Notes under the pieces: model-generated
Database searches by the model: none
What the model was told of the DNA's origin: nothing
What the model saw: only the letters and a program-made list of their open reading frames with translations
NCBI GenBank assembly: GCA_951406725.2
Contig: OX597830.1
Coordinates: forward strand, 12,400,001 to 12,464,000
Source: Octopus vulgaris
Taxonomy: Eukaryota
Direction: 5' to 3'
DNA length: 64,000 nt
In this document: piece after piece, positions 1 through 13,063 of the stretch
Numbering within the stretch: the stretch's first letter is position 1
Layout of the letters: every line of letters begins with the position of its first letter
Translations under genes and position numbers: made by a program

Positions 1-589
1 CAAAAGGAAATCTGTATAACAAAGCTATATTCTTCAGAGTGATGTCGTTAACAACATAGATTAAAAGTTATAAGAATAGCAGAAATTAAAATGGAACACC
101 GAAAACCACAAAGAACAAAATCGGAAGAAAAATTCTACATGACAAATATCCTGCACAATTCGACATCGGTAAATTAACACAAACTAAAAGACATGGAAGG
201 TACGGTTTTAACTATAAAGAACTACGTCTAACCATAAAAAACTTACAAAACTTTTCGAAACCAAATAGTGAAAGAAGACTGTGATGAATCCAGTATAAAG
301 AACTAATTGTCTGCTGCTTCAATTTTGTTATACGATCTGCTAAATCTTTCTGATATCACACCCTTCCTTCTTAATGTATAGAACAAAAAACATTAAACAC
401 TGTGATCCCAGATGCTTATATTAACACGGCGATAACATCACGCCTGGAATATCTTTGATCATTGTTCTACTTCATCAGGGTTGAAATAAAATAAATAGCA
501 GCAATTAAACCATTTCTGTATACTCAATACTCACAGCATCGAACTATAGATACGGACAAAGAGGGCGGGCAACTATGTGCATTGAATAA

Positions 590-720
590 TGGCCCAGTGG
601 TTAGGGCAGCGGACTCGCGGTCGGAGTATCGTGGTTTCGATTCCCAGACCGGGCGTTGTGTGTGTTTATTGAGCAAAAACACCTAAAGCTCCACGAGGCT
701 CCAGCAGGGGTGGTGGAAAC
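590..720 (+). mobile_element. tRNA-derived SINE head (family D), truncated
   Basis: A box tggcccagtgg, B box ggtttcgattcc. Near-identical to 14818-15110. Confidence 0.75.
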
Positions 721-2044
721 CCCTGTTGTACTAAGAAACGGCGGTGCATCAGCATGGCCGCAGCTCTGAGCTGAAACTAGAAAAAAAAGTGGCATACGTG
801 ACGTGTACAACACGCTAGATGTGACCTAGCTACAGTCATATGGCGCACCCATGTCAAGACTCGAAATTTGATCAATGAGTGATCTGTTTAGATATGATAA
901 TCAAGGATAAGTTAAAGCTAGAATGTCTTTGCTCAATGACAGAATGGTTATAAAATTCACGTCGCAATCATAAAGTGCTGATTTCAATCTGACTTCGTTG
1001 AAGTTGGACCTTCTCTCATAAATTCTGGTCACCTTGTGAGTAAAAGTGGGTTGCTGGTGTTTGTGTGGAATCCTGTTATATGGATTATATCTGTAATTTA
1101 ATTCAAAATGCGAGCTTTCCACCCATACTTTTCAAACGTCGAATCTTAATTGAAGATTACGTTCAACATATTCTTAAAACAGAATCAGAGTTACACATGT
1201 GTCTGTGAGATATTCAGCCACCTAAAGTCTATTACACTGAGTAGATGGTTTAGATTATCGATATATAGAAATTATAAGTACCCATCGTCGAAATTGAAGG
1301 ATGATCCATCTCCTTCCTTCAGTTGTAAAGTTAATACAATGGCGAAGACTATCCTGTCTGGGTTTACTTGACTATAAAATTCAAAACTGAATAAATCTTT
1401 AGGCCAAGCAGACACACTATATGCTAATTATTTACACTACACAAAACACAGCGTTCTACTGAAAGGTGGAAGGTACAAAACTATAACTTAAACAACAGGG
1501 AAACACGACATAACCTAAATACATTGAAAGCTTCGGTTTATATGTCAACTAGAGTATAGCTGGGCTTCTCAACAATAGCAGCAGTTACACAAGTTATTGA
1601 CATCCACTAAAATATAGGTCAAGCTGAAGTAACGCCGCTGTTATTTGAAATCCTTGAGTAACATGAATCCATATTCATTTCTGAGAAATTTCACACAGTT
1701 TGTAAAATATTCATTTATATAGAAGATTCAATTGCGATGAAACAAATTGGAGACGTATTTCTCCTGCCATGGGTTGTATGTCTCTTCTCTACTCTTTAGG
1801 CTATTCGTACGAATAACTTATAATGTTTAACTAGATTCAGTATACAGTGTTATTGTTCTAATGAACTGCTTATGTTTCTACAAATTAATCAATTTTACAC
1901 TATACAGAAAGTAATTAGACCTACGTAACCTGTTTTGTTAGAGCTTAAACATACATGCATGAGCACATTTACAAGCATGTGTATGTAAATGTATATGTGT
2001 ATATGCACGCGTGTGTGTATGCACTTAAACATTTACAGTTCAAT

Positions 2045-2294
2045 TTAGATTCACTTCAACATTTAAATTTAATTTGTCAAAATATTTTCGCCGCTTTGAG
2101 ACAAATGTCAGTGAACAGGTCGCGGTCTCAAAGCGACAAAAATATTTTGACAAATTAAATTTAAATGTTGAAGTGAATCTAACGGTTTTTGTGTGTTTCT
2201 TAAATGGCTTATAAACACCTTCCACGCTGCAATTGTTTTCGTTCCAGCACACGATCTCAGATCAAGTCACTTGCTATGCAAGTACATCTCCGTA
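2045..2294. mobile_element. Foldback element (58-bp inverted arms 2045-2102 / 2125-2182) with a 14-bp flanking direct repeat; probable Penelope-like pLTR derivative
   Basis: Arms are visible directly. agttcaatttagat at 2037-2050 and 2295-2308 is TSD-like. Hammerhead-like geometry with a non-canonical core. Confidence 0.55.
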
Positions 2295-2559
2295 AGTTCA
2301 ATTTAGATATATTGAAATCATTTTACAAAATCATACGGATATCATACATATCATGACACTGCAAGGTAAGGTTCATTATCATGCTGTTAGGTCATCCGAT
2401 AAGGAGTCTGAATTTGGGTAAGGAAAGGAAGTGATCTAATTTTACATATTAAAATTTTATCTTGTTTCTAATTCCCTTCCCTATTGATGATTTTCTACCA
2501 TCTACTCATCAATGTTTTAATTCCATTGGTGAATAACTCATTTGGTTTTGATGAGAAGG

Positions 2560-3010
2560 AAGACTGGTCAATTTAAACCTTTTTGAGGGTTCTGACTAGT
2601 AATCCACCTAAATGATTCGGTAAACTTCGAACCAATTGGTAATCAGAAGGAACGCGGCCCGGGGAATAAGGGGGCGGGGTGAGGGACTTTTTTCCCAGCC
2701 AGGTTCTTCGATTTTTTGTGATGCAATATTTCCTGTGTAAAGCCTTGCATTATCATTGTGAAAAAAACCACTCCCTTACAATTCACCAAAGCAGGCCTTG
2801 GGTTCTTCAAAGCAGCATCGAAACGATCTAATTATTGGCAATAGGTGAGAGCGGTAGTTGTTGCATTAGTTGGTAACAGCTCAAAGTGGACGACTCCAAT
2901 GGGGTCCCACCAAACTGAAAGAACAATGTTTTGCATGGGGGTCCTTAATGGGTTGTGGTTTAGTCTGTAACCCACAACGAAGCCATTGCCTGTGTGACTT
3001 AACATTTCTA
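2560..3010 (-). mobile_element. Highly degraded mariner transposase fragment
   Basis: Minus-strand remnants resembling LSVWWDxxGVVHFELL. Confidence 0.5.
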
Positions 3011-3179
3011 TACTGTTAATTCTCTAATATGATGGATAAAACACAAACCATCACACACATACTTTTATATTCACGGAACAAATTTCCGCTTGCGAGAGCG
3101 TCTGGAATGTTTCATGTCTACAGTCTTTTGAATACTCCAACAGTAGCCTGCCATCATATATGTGTTCCATCGGCCTTGA

Positions 3180-3717
3180 TATCTCTCCTCCATGATCTTT
3201 ATTGCTTGATGAAAATGATCACCATGCTCATCGCTCATGTCTCCGAGATTAGCAGGAAATTCATCGAGATGGCTAATGAAGTTTTATGGATGGACTGGTG
3301 ACTCCTGGAGCTCCTACCAACAAATTTTGTGTGAGGAATTGCGAATAAAAAGAGTTGCAGCGAAATTTGTGCCTCACTTGCTCAAGGAAGATTAAAAGCA
3401 ATCACAACTGAATGCGTGCCGTGAACTGAAAGAACATCTGGAAGTTGATCAGGACCTTTCTTTGGAGGTCGTCACTGGTGACGACAGCTGGTGCTACGGA
3501 ATTTGCAGATGTAGAAAAGGTGAAGGAAAAGACAACGGAGGTGTTAAAAGGCATTACTTCACAAGAGTTCCAGTACTGATTCGAACAGTGGAAGACGCGT
3601 CTGGACCGATGCATTGCTTGAAATGAAGAATACTTTAATGGTGATAACAGCGTAAACATGTAAAACTGAGTAAAATAACATTGCAAAATTCTGGTTTCAT
3701 TTGGGTACCCCATCGTA
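3180..3717 (+). mobile_element. Internally deleted mariner relic
   Basis: VPHLL...VVTGDDSWCYG motif. Ends in the TIR-like tttgggtaccccatcgta, which also occurs near 55497-55515. Confidence 0.7.
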
Positions 3718-4002
3718 TATATATATATATTATATATATATATATAACAAAATAATAAATAAAGCATATGCATATATACATACATATATGTACGTACCTA
3801 CATCTATATGTATATATACATGCATATATGGGTACAGGACACCAAAAAACCGTCGAACACAATGAGAAACGAAAATAAAACAGAACCATGGAAACGGACA
3901 TCTTTTTAAACAACGAAAAAACAGGGTCCAAGACATACAACACAAGGAAAAATCCCCTTCTTCAGCCGCCTCCGTTTCATCTACTCCGCGTTTCGAATAT
4001 AC

Positions 4003-4141
<139 letters not shown>

Positions 4142-4539
4142 GTATATATATATAATCATATTCAAAGGGAAATGGAAATTAATTAAAATTTCCATTTCCA
4201 GTGGTGTAACGTGTAAAAATTTAGTCCAAAAGACTATGTATTTCTATATTATTATCTAAGAGAAAAGCTAATGTGTGAGGTTTGTATATGCATTTCGTTC
4301 TCTTTGCATAACTATTCCACGATATCAAACAGGTGAATAACCAAAGTAATTCAGCTGATCTAATGAACCTTTATGAATTTTCGTACCCTCCGAAAGTTTG
4401 ATATGGTTAAACCTCTTACACCTAGAAACATCACCTAACAGTTTTTAGGTGAATTAATATTCTTTCGAACCTGATATTAAAAAAACGTTTACTATAAGAT
4501 ATACGTTTGTCTCAATTTGTAATGCTATAAAATCTTGAT

Positions 4540-4947
4540 ACTCTTTACCCTTTTACTCTTTTACTCTTTTACTTGTTTCAGTCATTTGACTGCGGCCATG
4601 CTGGAGCACCGCCTTTAGTCGAGTAAATCGACCCCGGGACTTATTCTTTGTAAGCCCAGTACTTATTCTATCGGTCTCTTTTTGCCGAAGCGCTAAGTGA
4701 CGGGGACGTAAACACACCAGCATCGGTTGTCAAGCAATGCTAGGGGGACAAACACACACATATATACATATATATACATATATACGACAGGTTTCTTTCA
4801 GTTTCCGTCTACCAAATTCACACACAAGACATTGGCCGGCCCGGGGCTATAGCAGAAGACACTTGCCCAAGATGCCACGCAGTGGGACTGAACCCGGAAC
4901 CATGTGGTTGGTTAGCAAGCTACTTACCACACAGCCACTCCTGCGCC
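4540..4947 (-). mobile_element. tRNA-derived SINE (family B), full length
   Basis: Reverse complement of 57679-58090; internal (TA/TG)n tract and agtaaaag tail repeats. Confidence 0.88.
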
Positions 4948-6077
4948 TTGATATATATTTTTGTTTTGATTAAGGTTCCCAAAAGGCACTGCAAATAAAA
5001 CGCATTAATAACGATACGAGAGCAATTATTTTACATGAAATATATTTATTTCATCTTTCTAACTTTATTAACAATGTAAAGCCGAATTTATAAACAAGTG
5101 GCAACTGATAACGAAGTGTACAAGAAATAGAAACAGGATCACGTTTTGTCAATCATTTTGTTTGAAAAGTTTCAGTTTCAGCATTTCTTCATGCTGTTCC
5201 TTTATTGTCCGATGAAACATTTAATTCATCCAATATTGTAACTCAAGTCAGCTGAAGAACTGTAATAGTCTTCATTATTGAAACAAAATTAAACATTGCT
5301 GTACATTGAAAGTGTATGGTATTCGCAAAAGAAGTTTATGAAACTATTTTCAAATGAGTGTACTGTGTCACTATTACAACATAGATGAAAATATAATGAA
5401 AACTAAAATATACGTACTAGCCATAACTAATTTGGTTTTAATATGTTCATGAAGCATTTCCTTATGAAACAAATTTTGTCGTTTTTTTTCCATTTTGAAT
5501 GTTTGGTAAAATAGAGGATAAATAATATGAACACAAGTATGTAATCACAAGCATATTGAATAATTTATGAAGAAATAGAAATCAAATAATTTTAGAGTTG
5601 GAAATCAAAAATATGAACTGAAGCAATGGGTTGTAAATCGCAAATGTTTCAAATTCCATAAACATGAGTTATCGGTACCAATCAAGATCACAACTATGGG
5701 TGACATCTAAGGTTTACGGCAATAGGTCACATCTGCGGTCATATTTAACAGTTTTGTTCAAATTCAAATTATCAAAATATAAGTGGTCTAAGTGAATTAT
5801 GGAATATTTTAGTAACGGTATAATAGGAGACGATAACAACAGAGACAATAATATGAGTATAGAAAAGAAGATGCCTATTAAATTTCTAGTAAATATTTAG
5901 ATTTGAAAGCATCATTAATAATGTTAACGTTTTTCGGATTATGGGTAGTAAATATGATAAAATGTGTAAGGAGAGTATATAAAGAAATCTCTTTATAAAC
6001 ATTAAGTCGTGTCTTACCATGCAAAGCATTGTCAGTGAAATATATACAAAATTTTATATCAGTCACAATTATATTCT

Positions 6078-6833
6078 ATAGGGTGGAGCAGAGAAGACAG
6101 ACGTTTTTGAAATGGCTATTACTCAGCCCCGGAGTGGGGGGACATATGTCCGATAGGTACCATTCGGTCCGTGGTGTCTTAGGATTTTGTGTATTTTTAG
6201 GTGAAGCCATGGCGCTGTGGACGATTGAGCATCGCGTCTTTGCCTCTACGACAGTTACGTGAAGAATAACGAGTCTGTCACAGCAGTTTAGCATGAGTTT
6301 CGGCGCCACTTCAACATTCACCGAAATCAGGCTGTTCCCAGCCGTAACACAATCGTACGCTGGGTGAATGCACTTCGTACACGAGGTACACTAATGAATG
6401 AGACCAGTTGGGGCACCACGAACTGTACGGACCCCGGAAAGTGTGGAACGCATCAGACAAGCTTTGATACGGAGTCCGAATCGCTCTGCTCGGAGATATT
6501 CCATTGAATTTGGCATCGGTAATCGATCGGTAATGCGTATTTTGCATGAAAACCTGCATTTCCACCCGTACAAAGTGGTCAATGGGCAGTAGTTGAAACC
6601 ACAGGACTATGCACAGAGAAATGTTGGAGAGAGTGGCGGCCGACCTCCAAGAACACCTTCAGAAATGCATCAATGAAGAAGGACACCACATAAAGGATGT
6701 TATTATCCACACTTGAGTTTCGGAAATGCTAATTCAATACAAACGCATTGATGTCAATAAAATTTGTTTGTAGTTAAAATTAATGATTTTGTAAATTTTT
6801 CAAAAATGTCCCTCCTCTCTGCCCCATCCTGTA
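6078..6833 (+). mobile_element. Tc1/mariner element, internally deleted, with TIRs
   Basis: TA-flanked imperfect ~30-bp TIRs (tatagggtggagcagagaag...tttttga / tcaaaaatgtccctcctctctgccccatcctgta). Transposase N-terminal HTH remnants (FRRHFNIHRNQAVPSRNTIVRWV; GAPRTVRTPESVERIRQ...HPYK). Confidence 0.85.
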
Positions 6834-8309
6834 TAAGGTTTATTTTGGTCACGGGAAATTAATCAAAGATGGCAAGCTGTGTAGGAGATGGGAAGTTACG
6901 AAATATTGACATTCGATAGAACAATATACAAGAAAATATATGAAATTGTATTTATTCCGTTCTAAGCGGATAAAATTAAGTAAATATTTATTAACTATAT
7001 AGAAAATATTTGTAATTTGAGCAGCATTATGCAGGAAAGATGCATTTTGTAATGCAGTTAATGAACCATATAGTGAATGCAGAATACGTTTTCGTGTACT
7101 GCAATGGTAAGGCATAAACTTAGATATAAACCACACAGTTTGATGGTTTATTTGGTGCAAGAACGTTTGATAGCATAAAATTCATAGCTCTAATAGCTGA
7201 TGTTCATTCAAGAACACTTTATTGGCCCATAATTTGAATAGATTGCGTTACAGTGAAGACTATTCTAAAGTTGGTTTCATTAATTTGAACTGGACGAAGT
7301 TGAATTTTATTCGATTTGTGTAATTGTGTGAAATCTAGTCAAGTGAATGTAATAAAAGAGAAGATGGCAGCAGCTACGTCGGAAGTTTGCATTTCAACAT
7401 AAGTGTCCCTTTATATAATTGAGGACATAGTAATGTCGAAATACATGCAACAGTATCGTTATATGTAGCTAGACAATCATATGGGTTTCAAATAGTCACC
7501 CGATAACTATCAGTGACCTATGACTTATCCCAGAGGGTGAAAGGCACAGAGAGGAACCAAAATGTCATTCCTCGGAGGATCAGTGGGAGCAATATATTCA
7601 TAAAAAATCTCACACTGAACTCCATCTAAATTTATATTAAAAAAATCAAACTAAAACTATTATTCTCTTAGTTACATTCTTCAGTTTTTCTTAATTCTAC
7701 CCGAGGTAAACCGATTAAAGATAAATTTTATAAGTCATTACTTTCAATCTTTTGTAAAAGTTTGGTAAGTCTCATTTTGACGGTTTTGTCGTATCTAAAG
7801 CACTGCATATTTAACGCAAACCTAGCTGTAATGTGATCATCATATTTGAGTTCATTTTATGAAAACATTTGAATTCTTTGAAAGAAGTGCTTAGCAAGAA
7901 TCTCAATCGTACCAGTAAACATTAATCAATACTATTATAATCTTTATCGGTTCTGCCAAGAATTTTTGCTGTTATTAACCATATTTACCAGGCTTTAAAC
8001 CTCAGCTAAATATAATTGTTACATGCTTAGCTTATGGATGTTTCATTATGTAAGCAGTGGCTAGCAGTACAGTCTGTATAGTGTCAAGACTAAAACCAAT
8101 ATCAACCCTTTTTTCTATTATAATAGGCGCAATGTTTCTTACGATTCAACACTTGTTTTACAACCAGTTCCTGTTCTTTGCATAACCTTCCTACCTTTTG
8201 AAATATCTATTTTCTTTCGATGGTATAGACCATAATACAATGTGAAGTTAATTTATTGTTCGTAACTGATAGCTTAGTAGCTAAATCGTATGTTGTGTTA
8301 GTTTAGGAA

Positions 8310-8550
8310 TAACGATAATTCTATCTCTTATAGGCACAAAGCCTGAAATTTGGGGGCGGAGGCAAGTCGATTACATCGGCTACAGTGCTCAACTGGTACT
8401 TATTTTATTGACCCAGAAAGGATGAAAAGCAAAGCCGATCTGGGTGGAATTTGATCTCAGAACGTAATGACGGACGAAATGCTGCTAAGCATTTTGCCTA
8501 GCGCACTAACAGTTTTGCCAGCTCACCACCTTAATAACAATAATATTATT

Positions 8551-8608
<58 letters not shown>

Positions 8609-8871
8609 GCCTTGATGCAGTACCGGGTAGTGGCTCTCATGGCATTTGATTGGAAGTGTTATCATGAAGAAAATTCTAACTGGACCCCACCTACAAGATC
8701 ATGCTATGTTTATCTTGATATAAGATCACCATGTCGTGTACATATGGGTGTGATGCATGTGCCTGGTGTACCCTTATCAGACGGGTAGTGGTGATGGATA
8801 TACCGGGCTTCGTATTTTTTTTTACCCCAGTGTCACTTTGATGGCATGCTCTGCTCTCTCGTTCAATAGTG

Positions 8872-8948
<77 letters not shown>

Positions 8949-9584
8949 CTGAATTGACATGAGAGCAGAGCAAGTCCAAAAAATTGCTCTACTGGGGACA
9001 GCTAGGCTTTTGAGATTGGAACTTGGATGTTGAATGGCTGACATGATAATGAACGACCAAGTGTCAAAGCTTATAATGTGCAGAAAGAGACCCTGTGAGA
9101 CTTCTGATGGCAGGCTGCTGTCCGCTCTCACAGAATCTACCAGAGCAAACAAGACCGAACGGTCTGAGAAGTAAAACAACAACAATAATAATGGATTCAA
9201 ATTTTGGTACAAGGCCAACCATTTCGGGGTAGGGGCTGAGTCGATTACATTGGCCCCAGTGTTCAACTGGTACTTATTTTATCGACCCTTAAAAGATGAA
9301 AGGCAAAGTCGACCCCAGTGGCATTTGAACTCAGACCATAAAGTCGGAGGAAATGTCACGAAGCATTTTTTCCGGCACGGTAACAATTCTGCCAGAAAGT
9401 ATCGGTTTCAAATTTTGGCACAAGGCCAGCAATTTTGGGGAAGTGGGTGGTCAATTACATCAATCTCAGGGTTCAACGGGTACTTTTCCTCGACTTCGAA
9501 ATTTGAATTCAGAACGTATAGACGGACGAAATGCCACTAAGTATTTGGTCCGGGATGCTAACGATTCTGCCAGCTCGCAACTTC

Positions 9585-9665
<81 letters not shown>

Positions 9666-10540
9666 CCTTTATACTATTGGCACAAGGCCTGAAATTTGGG
9701 GGAGGGGTTAAGTCGATTACATCGACCCCAGTACTCAACTGGTACTTAATTTGTCGACTCCAAAAAAGATGATAGCCAAAGTCGACCTCGGCGGAGTTCG
9801 AATCAGAACGAAGCGACGAGCGAAACACCGCCAAGTATTTCGTCCAGCGCGCTAACAATTCTGCAAACTCGCTGCCTTAAATGATTTCAAATTTTGACAC
9901 AAGGCCAGCAATTTTTTTTTGGCGGGGGGAGATGAGTCGATTATCTCGACCCCAGTGTTCAACTAACACTTATTTTATCAATCCCAAATGGATGAACGGC
10001 AAAGTCGACCTCGGCGGAACTTGAGCATAAAACGTAGCACAAGCATTTCGTCCAGCGTGCTAACGATTCTGCTAGCTCTCCGCCTCAACAACAACAACTA
10101 CAACAACAACAACAACAACAACAACAAAAACAGCAACACCGACGATGTTGTTGTTATTGTTTTTATTCTCTGCTTTCGGCGTATTTATAGTTCTAATTAC
10201 TGGGAGAGGCACTTAACTTGTAATCAATTTTTCCTTTCACCATATTTAACTTGTAATCAATTTTTCTTTTCAACATATGATGCTAATAATTAAATGTAAT
10301 GGCTCCAAGCTTGCAGAATCGTTAGCACGTCAAACAACACGCTTAGAGTCGTTCCGAGTTCAAATTCCACCGAGACCGACTTTCTTTGGGTAGCGAACTG
10401 GTCGAATTGTCAGCACGCCGGGTGAAATGCTTATCGGCATTTCATCTTCCCTTACGTTCTGAGTTCAAATGCCGCCGAGGTTGATTTTGCTTTTCATTCT
10501 TTTGGGGTCGATAAAATAAGTATCAGTTGAGTACCGGGAT
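8310..10540. mobile_element. Cluster of ~7 Nin/Deu-domain SINE copies (family A) interleaved with (AAT)n
   Basis: Repeated gccgaggtcgactttgcctttcatcctttcggggtcgataaa core. Copies at ~8310-8530, 9195-9390, 9400-9580, 9665-9880 and 9885-10085 are minus; ~10310-10540 is plus. Confidence 0.85.
8605..9175 (+). mobile_element. R4/Dong-like retrotransposon 3' ends between (AAT)n tracts
   Basis: 8950-9033 encodes IDMRAEQVQKIALLGTARLLRLELGC*, typical of the R4/Dong C-terminus. 8670-8780 recurs inverted at ~36020-36100, also beside (TAA)n. Confidence 0.6.
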
Positions 10541-10974
10541 CTTTTCGGTTTGAACGGCAGTTTTTTCTAGCGGTGTCATATGAAATTGTCACCCATAATT
10601 ATGACCCTAGTATCGATCTATTGCATTTCAATCTGTTTTAGGGTTAGGGTTAGTTAGGTTTAGGGTTAGGGGTGGGGGAAGGGTATCTTTTTTTCTTCAC
10701 AAATGTAAATAAACCCAATCTGTTTTTTAAACGAGGGACATATTCATACGGCACAGAATGTTTTTTTTTACCTCAATAGACGTATTTGATTGGTTGAAAT
10801 TGCAGAAATTGAAGAAAAAAAACAACAACAGATATCTTACAAACTATAGAATTTTTTCAATAAAACCAAGAGAAAAAGATGTTTTATAAACACATTCTAC
10901 CGGTATACAAAGTTTTAAATTTTTTAGTTACCTAGAAATTATGTTAAAAACTGCCGTTCAAACCGAAAAGATCC
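10537..10974. mobile_element. MITE (TIR ggatcttttcggtttgaacggcagtttt), inserted in a SINE; contains TTAGGG repeats
   Basis: TIRs at both ends; degenerate 8-bp TSD gagtaccg/gagcatcg. Confidence 0.88.
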
Positions 10975-11291
10975 GAGCATCGGAGCCGATGTGCCTCGTG
11001 CCAAAATTTGAAGTCATTGCTATTCCCACCACCATATCATTCATAACATCCACATTCTGAATTTTATAATTTGAATTATCTCTATATCTTGAATAACAAA
11101 TTATATATGTATAAATATCTTCTAAAAGTTAGACGCAAAATGTATTCGATATGATGAATTCATAAACAAATTATATATTTTTCTTCCACTGACTACAAAA
11201 AATTTTGGATGCATAACTCTGTATTCATAAATGCCATGTACAAGAGATATCTTTATATATTTGCGTGTATATATGAAGGTATAAGTATCGT

Positions 11292-11426
11292 CTATACACC
11301 TGTTTCTATTTTTTTATAACATTTTCTGCTTTTAAGGCGCTCTGACTCCAGTTGGAGCCACTGGTTTCGATTTTCTAAGACTCCGTTTGCCATGGTTTCA
11401 AATGCACCGTCAAGACGTGCCAGGGC
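11292..11426 (-). CDS. PDE11A: PDE11A-like terminal coding exon: ALARLDGAFETMANGVLENRNQWLQLESERLKSRKCYKKIETGV*
   Basis: Acceptor tctttatttttcag, phase 0. NRxxW motif of the last PDE helix; TAG stop at 11294-11292. Follows a ~19.6 kb intron. Confidence 0.88.
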   Translation of the reverse strand, partial: ALARLDGAFETMANGVLENRNQWLQLESERLKSRKCYKKIETGV

Positions 11427-11648
11427 CTGAAAAATAAAGAATGAATAGGATTTTTATTAGTTTAAATATGTATATCTTCTTTCTTATTCAATTTAATATC
11501 AAAACCTATTTTTAAATCGAATTATCTGCATATATATATAAATAAACAAGCAAATAAATATGTAAATATGCAACCAAATATTTACAGAGAAGCACCTCTC
11601 TTTCTCTCTGCACACACACATACGCACGCACACACACACACACACACA

Positions 11649-11681
<33 letters not shown>

Positions 11682-12026
11682 GCATACACACACATACATA
11701 GGGAAGCGCGCGTCCTGAACCTAGTCAGATGAAGTGCCACTCCAGTAAAATTAACTGCAAATATTGCTTAACACCTCACATGGAATCGTTTGCACATAAT
11801 GGCGTTAGAAACGGATTCGTACCGAAACGATTGTGGTAGATTTGTTCTTCGTCTTCTTTCATTGTATTATGCGTTACCTTTATAAACACACTGATTTACC
11901 AGAGTTCCTGAAGGTTCCGATTCGAGAGATTACATAACCAGAGGTAAATTGGAAATAGCTTTCTACACTTTGAAGATCTAAATGTTTCTCTCTTTCTCTC
12001 TCTCCATCTGTGTGTGTATATATATA

Positions 12027-12235
<209 letters not shown>

Positions 12236-12851
12236 TATTATATAATATTAGAGATAAGACCACTATTATGCAAGTCAATCAGTGATAGACATAAATCAAG
12301 ACATAAGTCACAAATAATATATATTTTTATAAAACATATAACTTATAACTAGATCTCAAAAGGTATAAAAATGAATGATCAATATATAATATATACAAAA
12401 TAAGTAAACATATAAAAATAAGTAATACATATATATATATATATATGAGTAGGAGTGGCTGTGAGGTACGAAGCTTGCTTCCTAACTACTTGGTTTCGGG
12501 TTCAGTCCCACTTGTGGCACCTTAGGCAGAGATTAAGGACCCTGCTGAAACTGCACCAAACATGGCACCAGGTTGCAGATCCAAGTATACAGTCGATGCT
12601 GTTTAAACAGTCGACTTTGCCTTTCATCCTTTCGGGGTCGATTAAATAAGTACCAGTTACGTACTGGGGTCGATATAATCGACTTAATCCGTTTGTCTGT
12701 CCTTGTTTTATCCTCTCTATGTTTAGCCCCTTGTGGGTAGTAAAGAAATAGCTGTTTAAACAGGTGAAGGTCTAGAAAAAGATGCTGTAAATAAGTGTTA
12801 AATAAAATTATCGACCTGAAAAATCTCCGTACTCCTTACCATTATTAATAC

Positions 12852-12882
<31 letters not shown>

Positions 12883-13005
12883 TTAAGGTGGCAAAAATGT
12901 AGAATCCATTAGCGGCCTAGTGGGAAAAATTAAATAGTCATAAACCATTTTTAAGTTCAACATCACAATCAAGGAACGGCCATAATAGGCCATTCACCCA
13001 CTAGA

Positions 13006-13063
<58 letters not shown>

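Noticed and set aside
590-665. tRNA-like sequence
   Set aside because: It is the head of a SINE that continues into a shared non-tRNA body (also at 14818); not a tRNA gene.
901-1122. ORF with a possible minus-strand acceptor
   Set aside because: No recognisable domain or donor, and it lies downstream of the PDE stop.
7355-7405. aagatggc (YY1-like) plus cggaagt (ETS-like) promoter motif pair
   Set aside because: The ATG is followed by a stop after 12 codons and there is no exon evidence; short motifs arise by chance.
10637-10675. Telomere or chromosome-fusion signature
   Set aside because: The TTAGGG units are internal to a multi-copy MITE.
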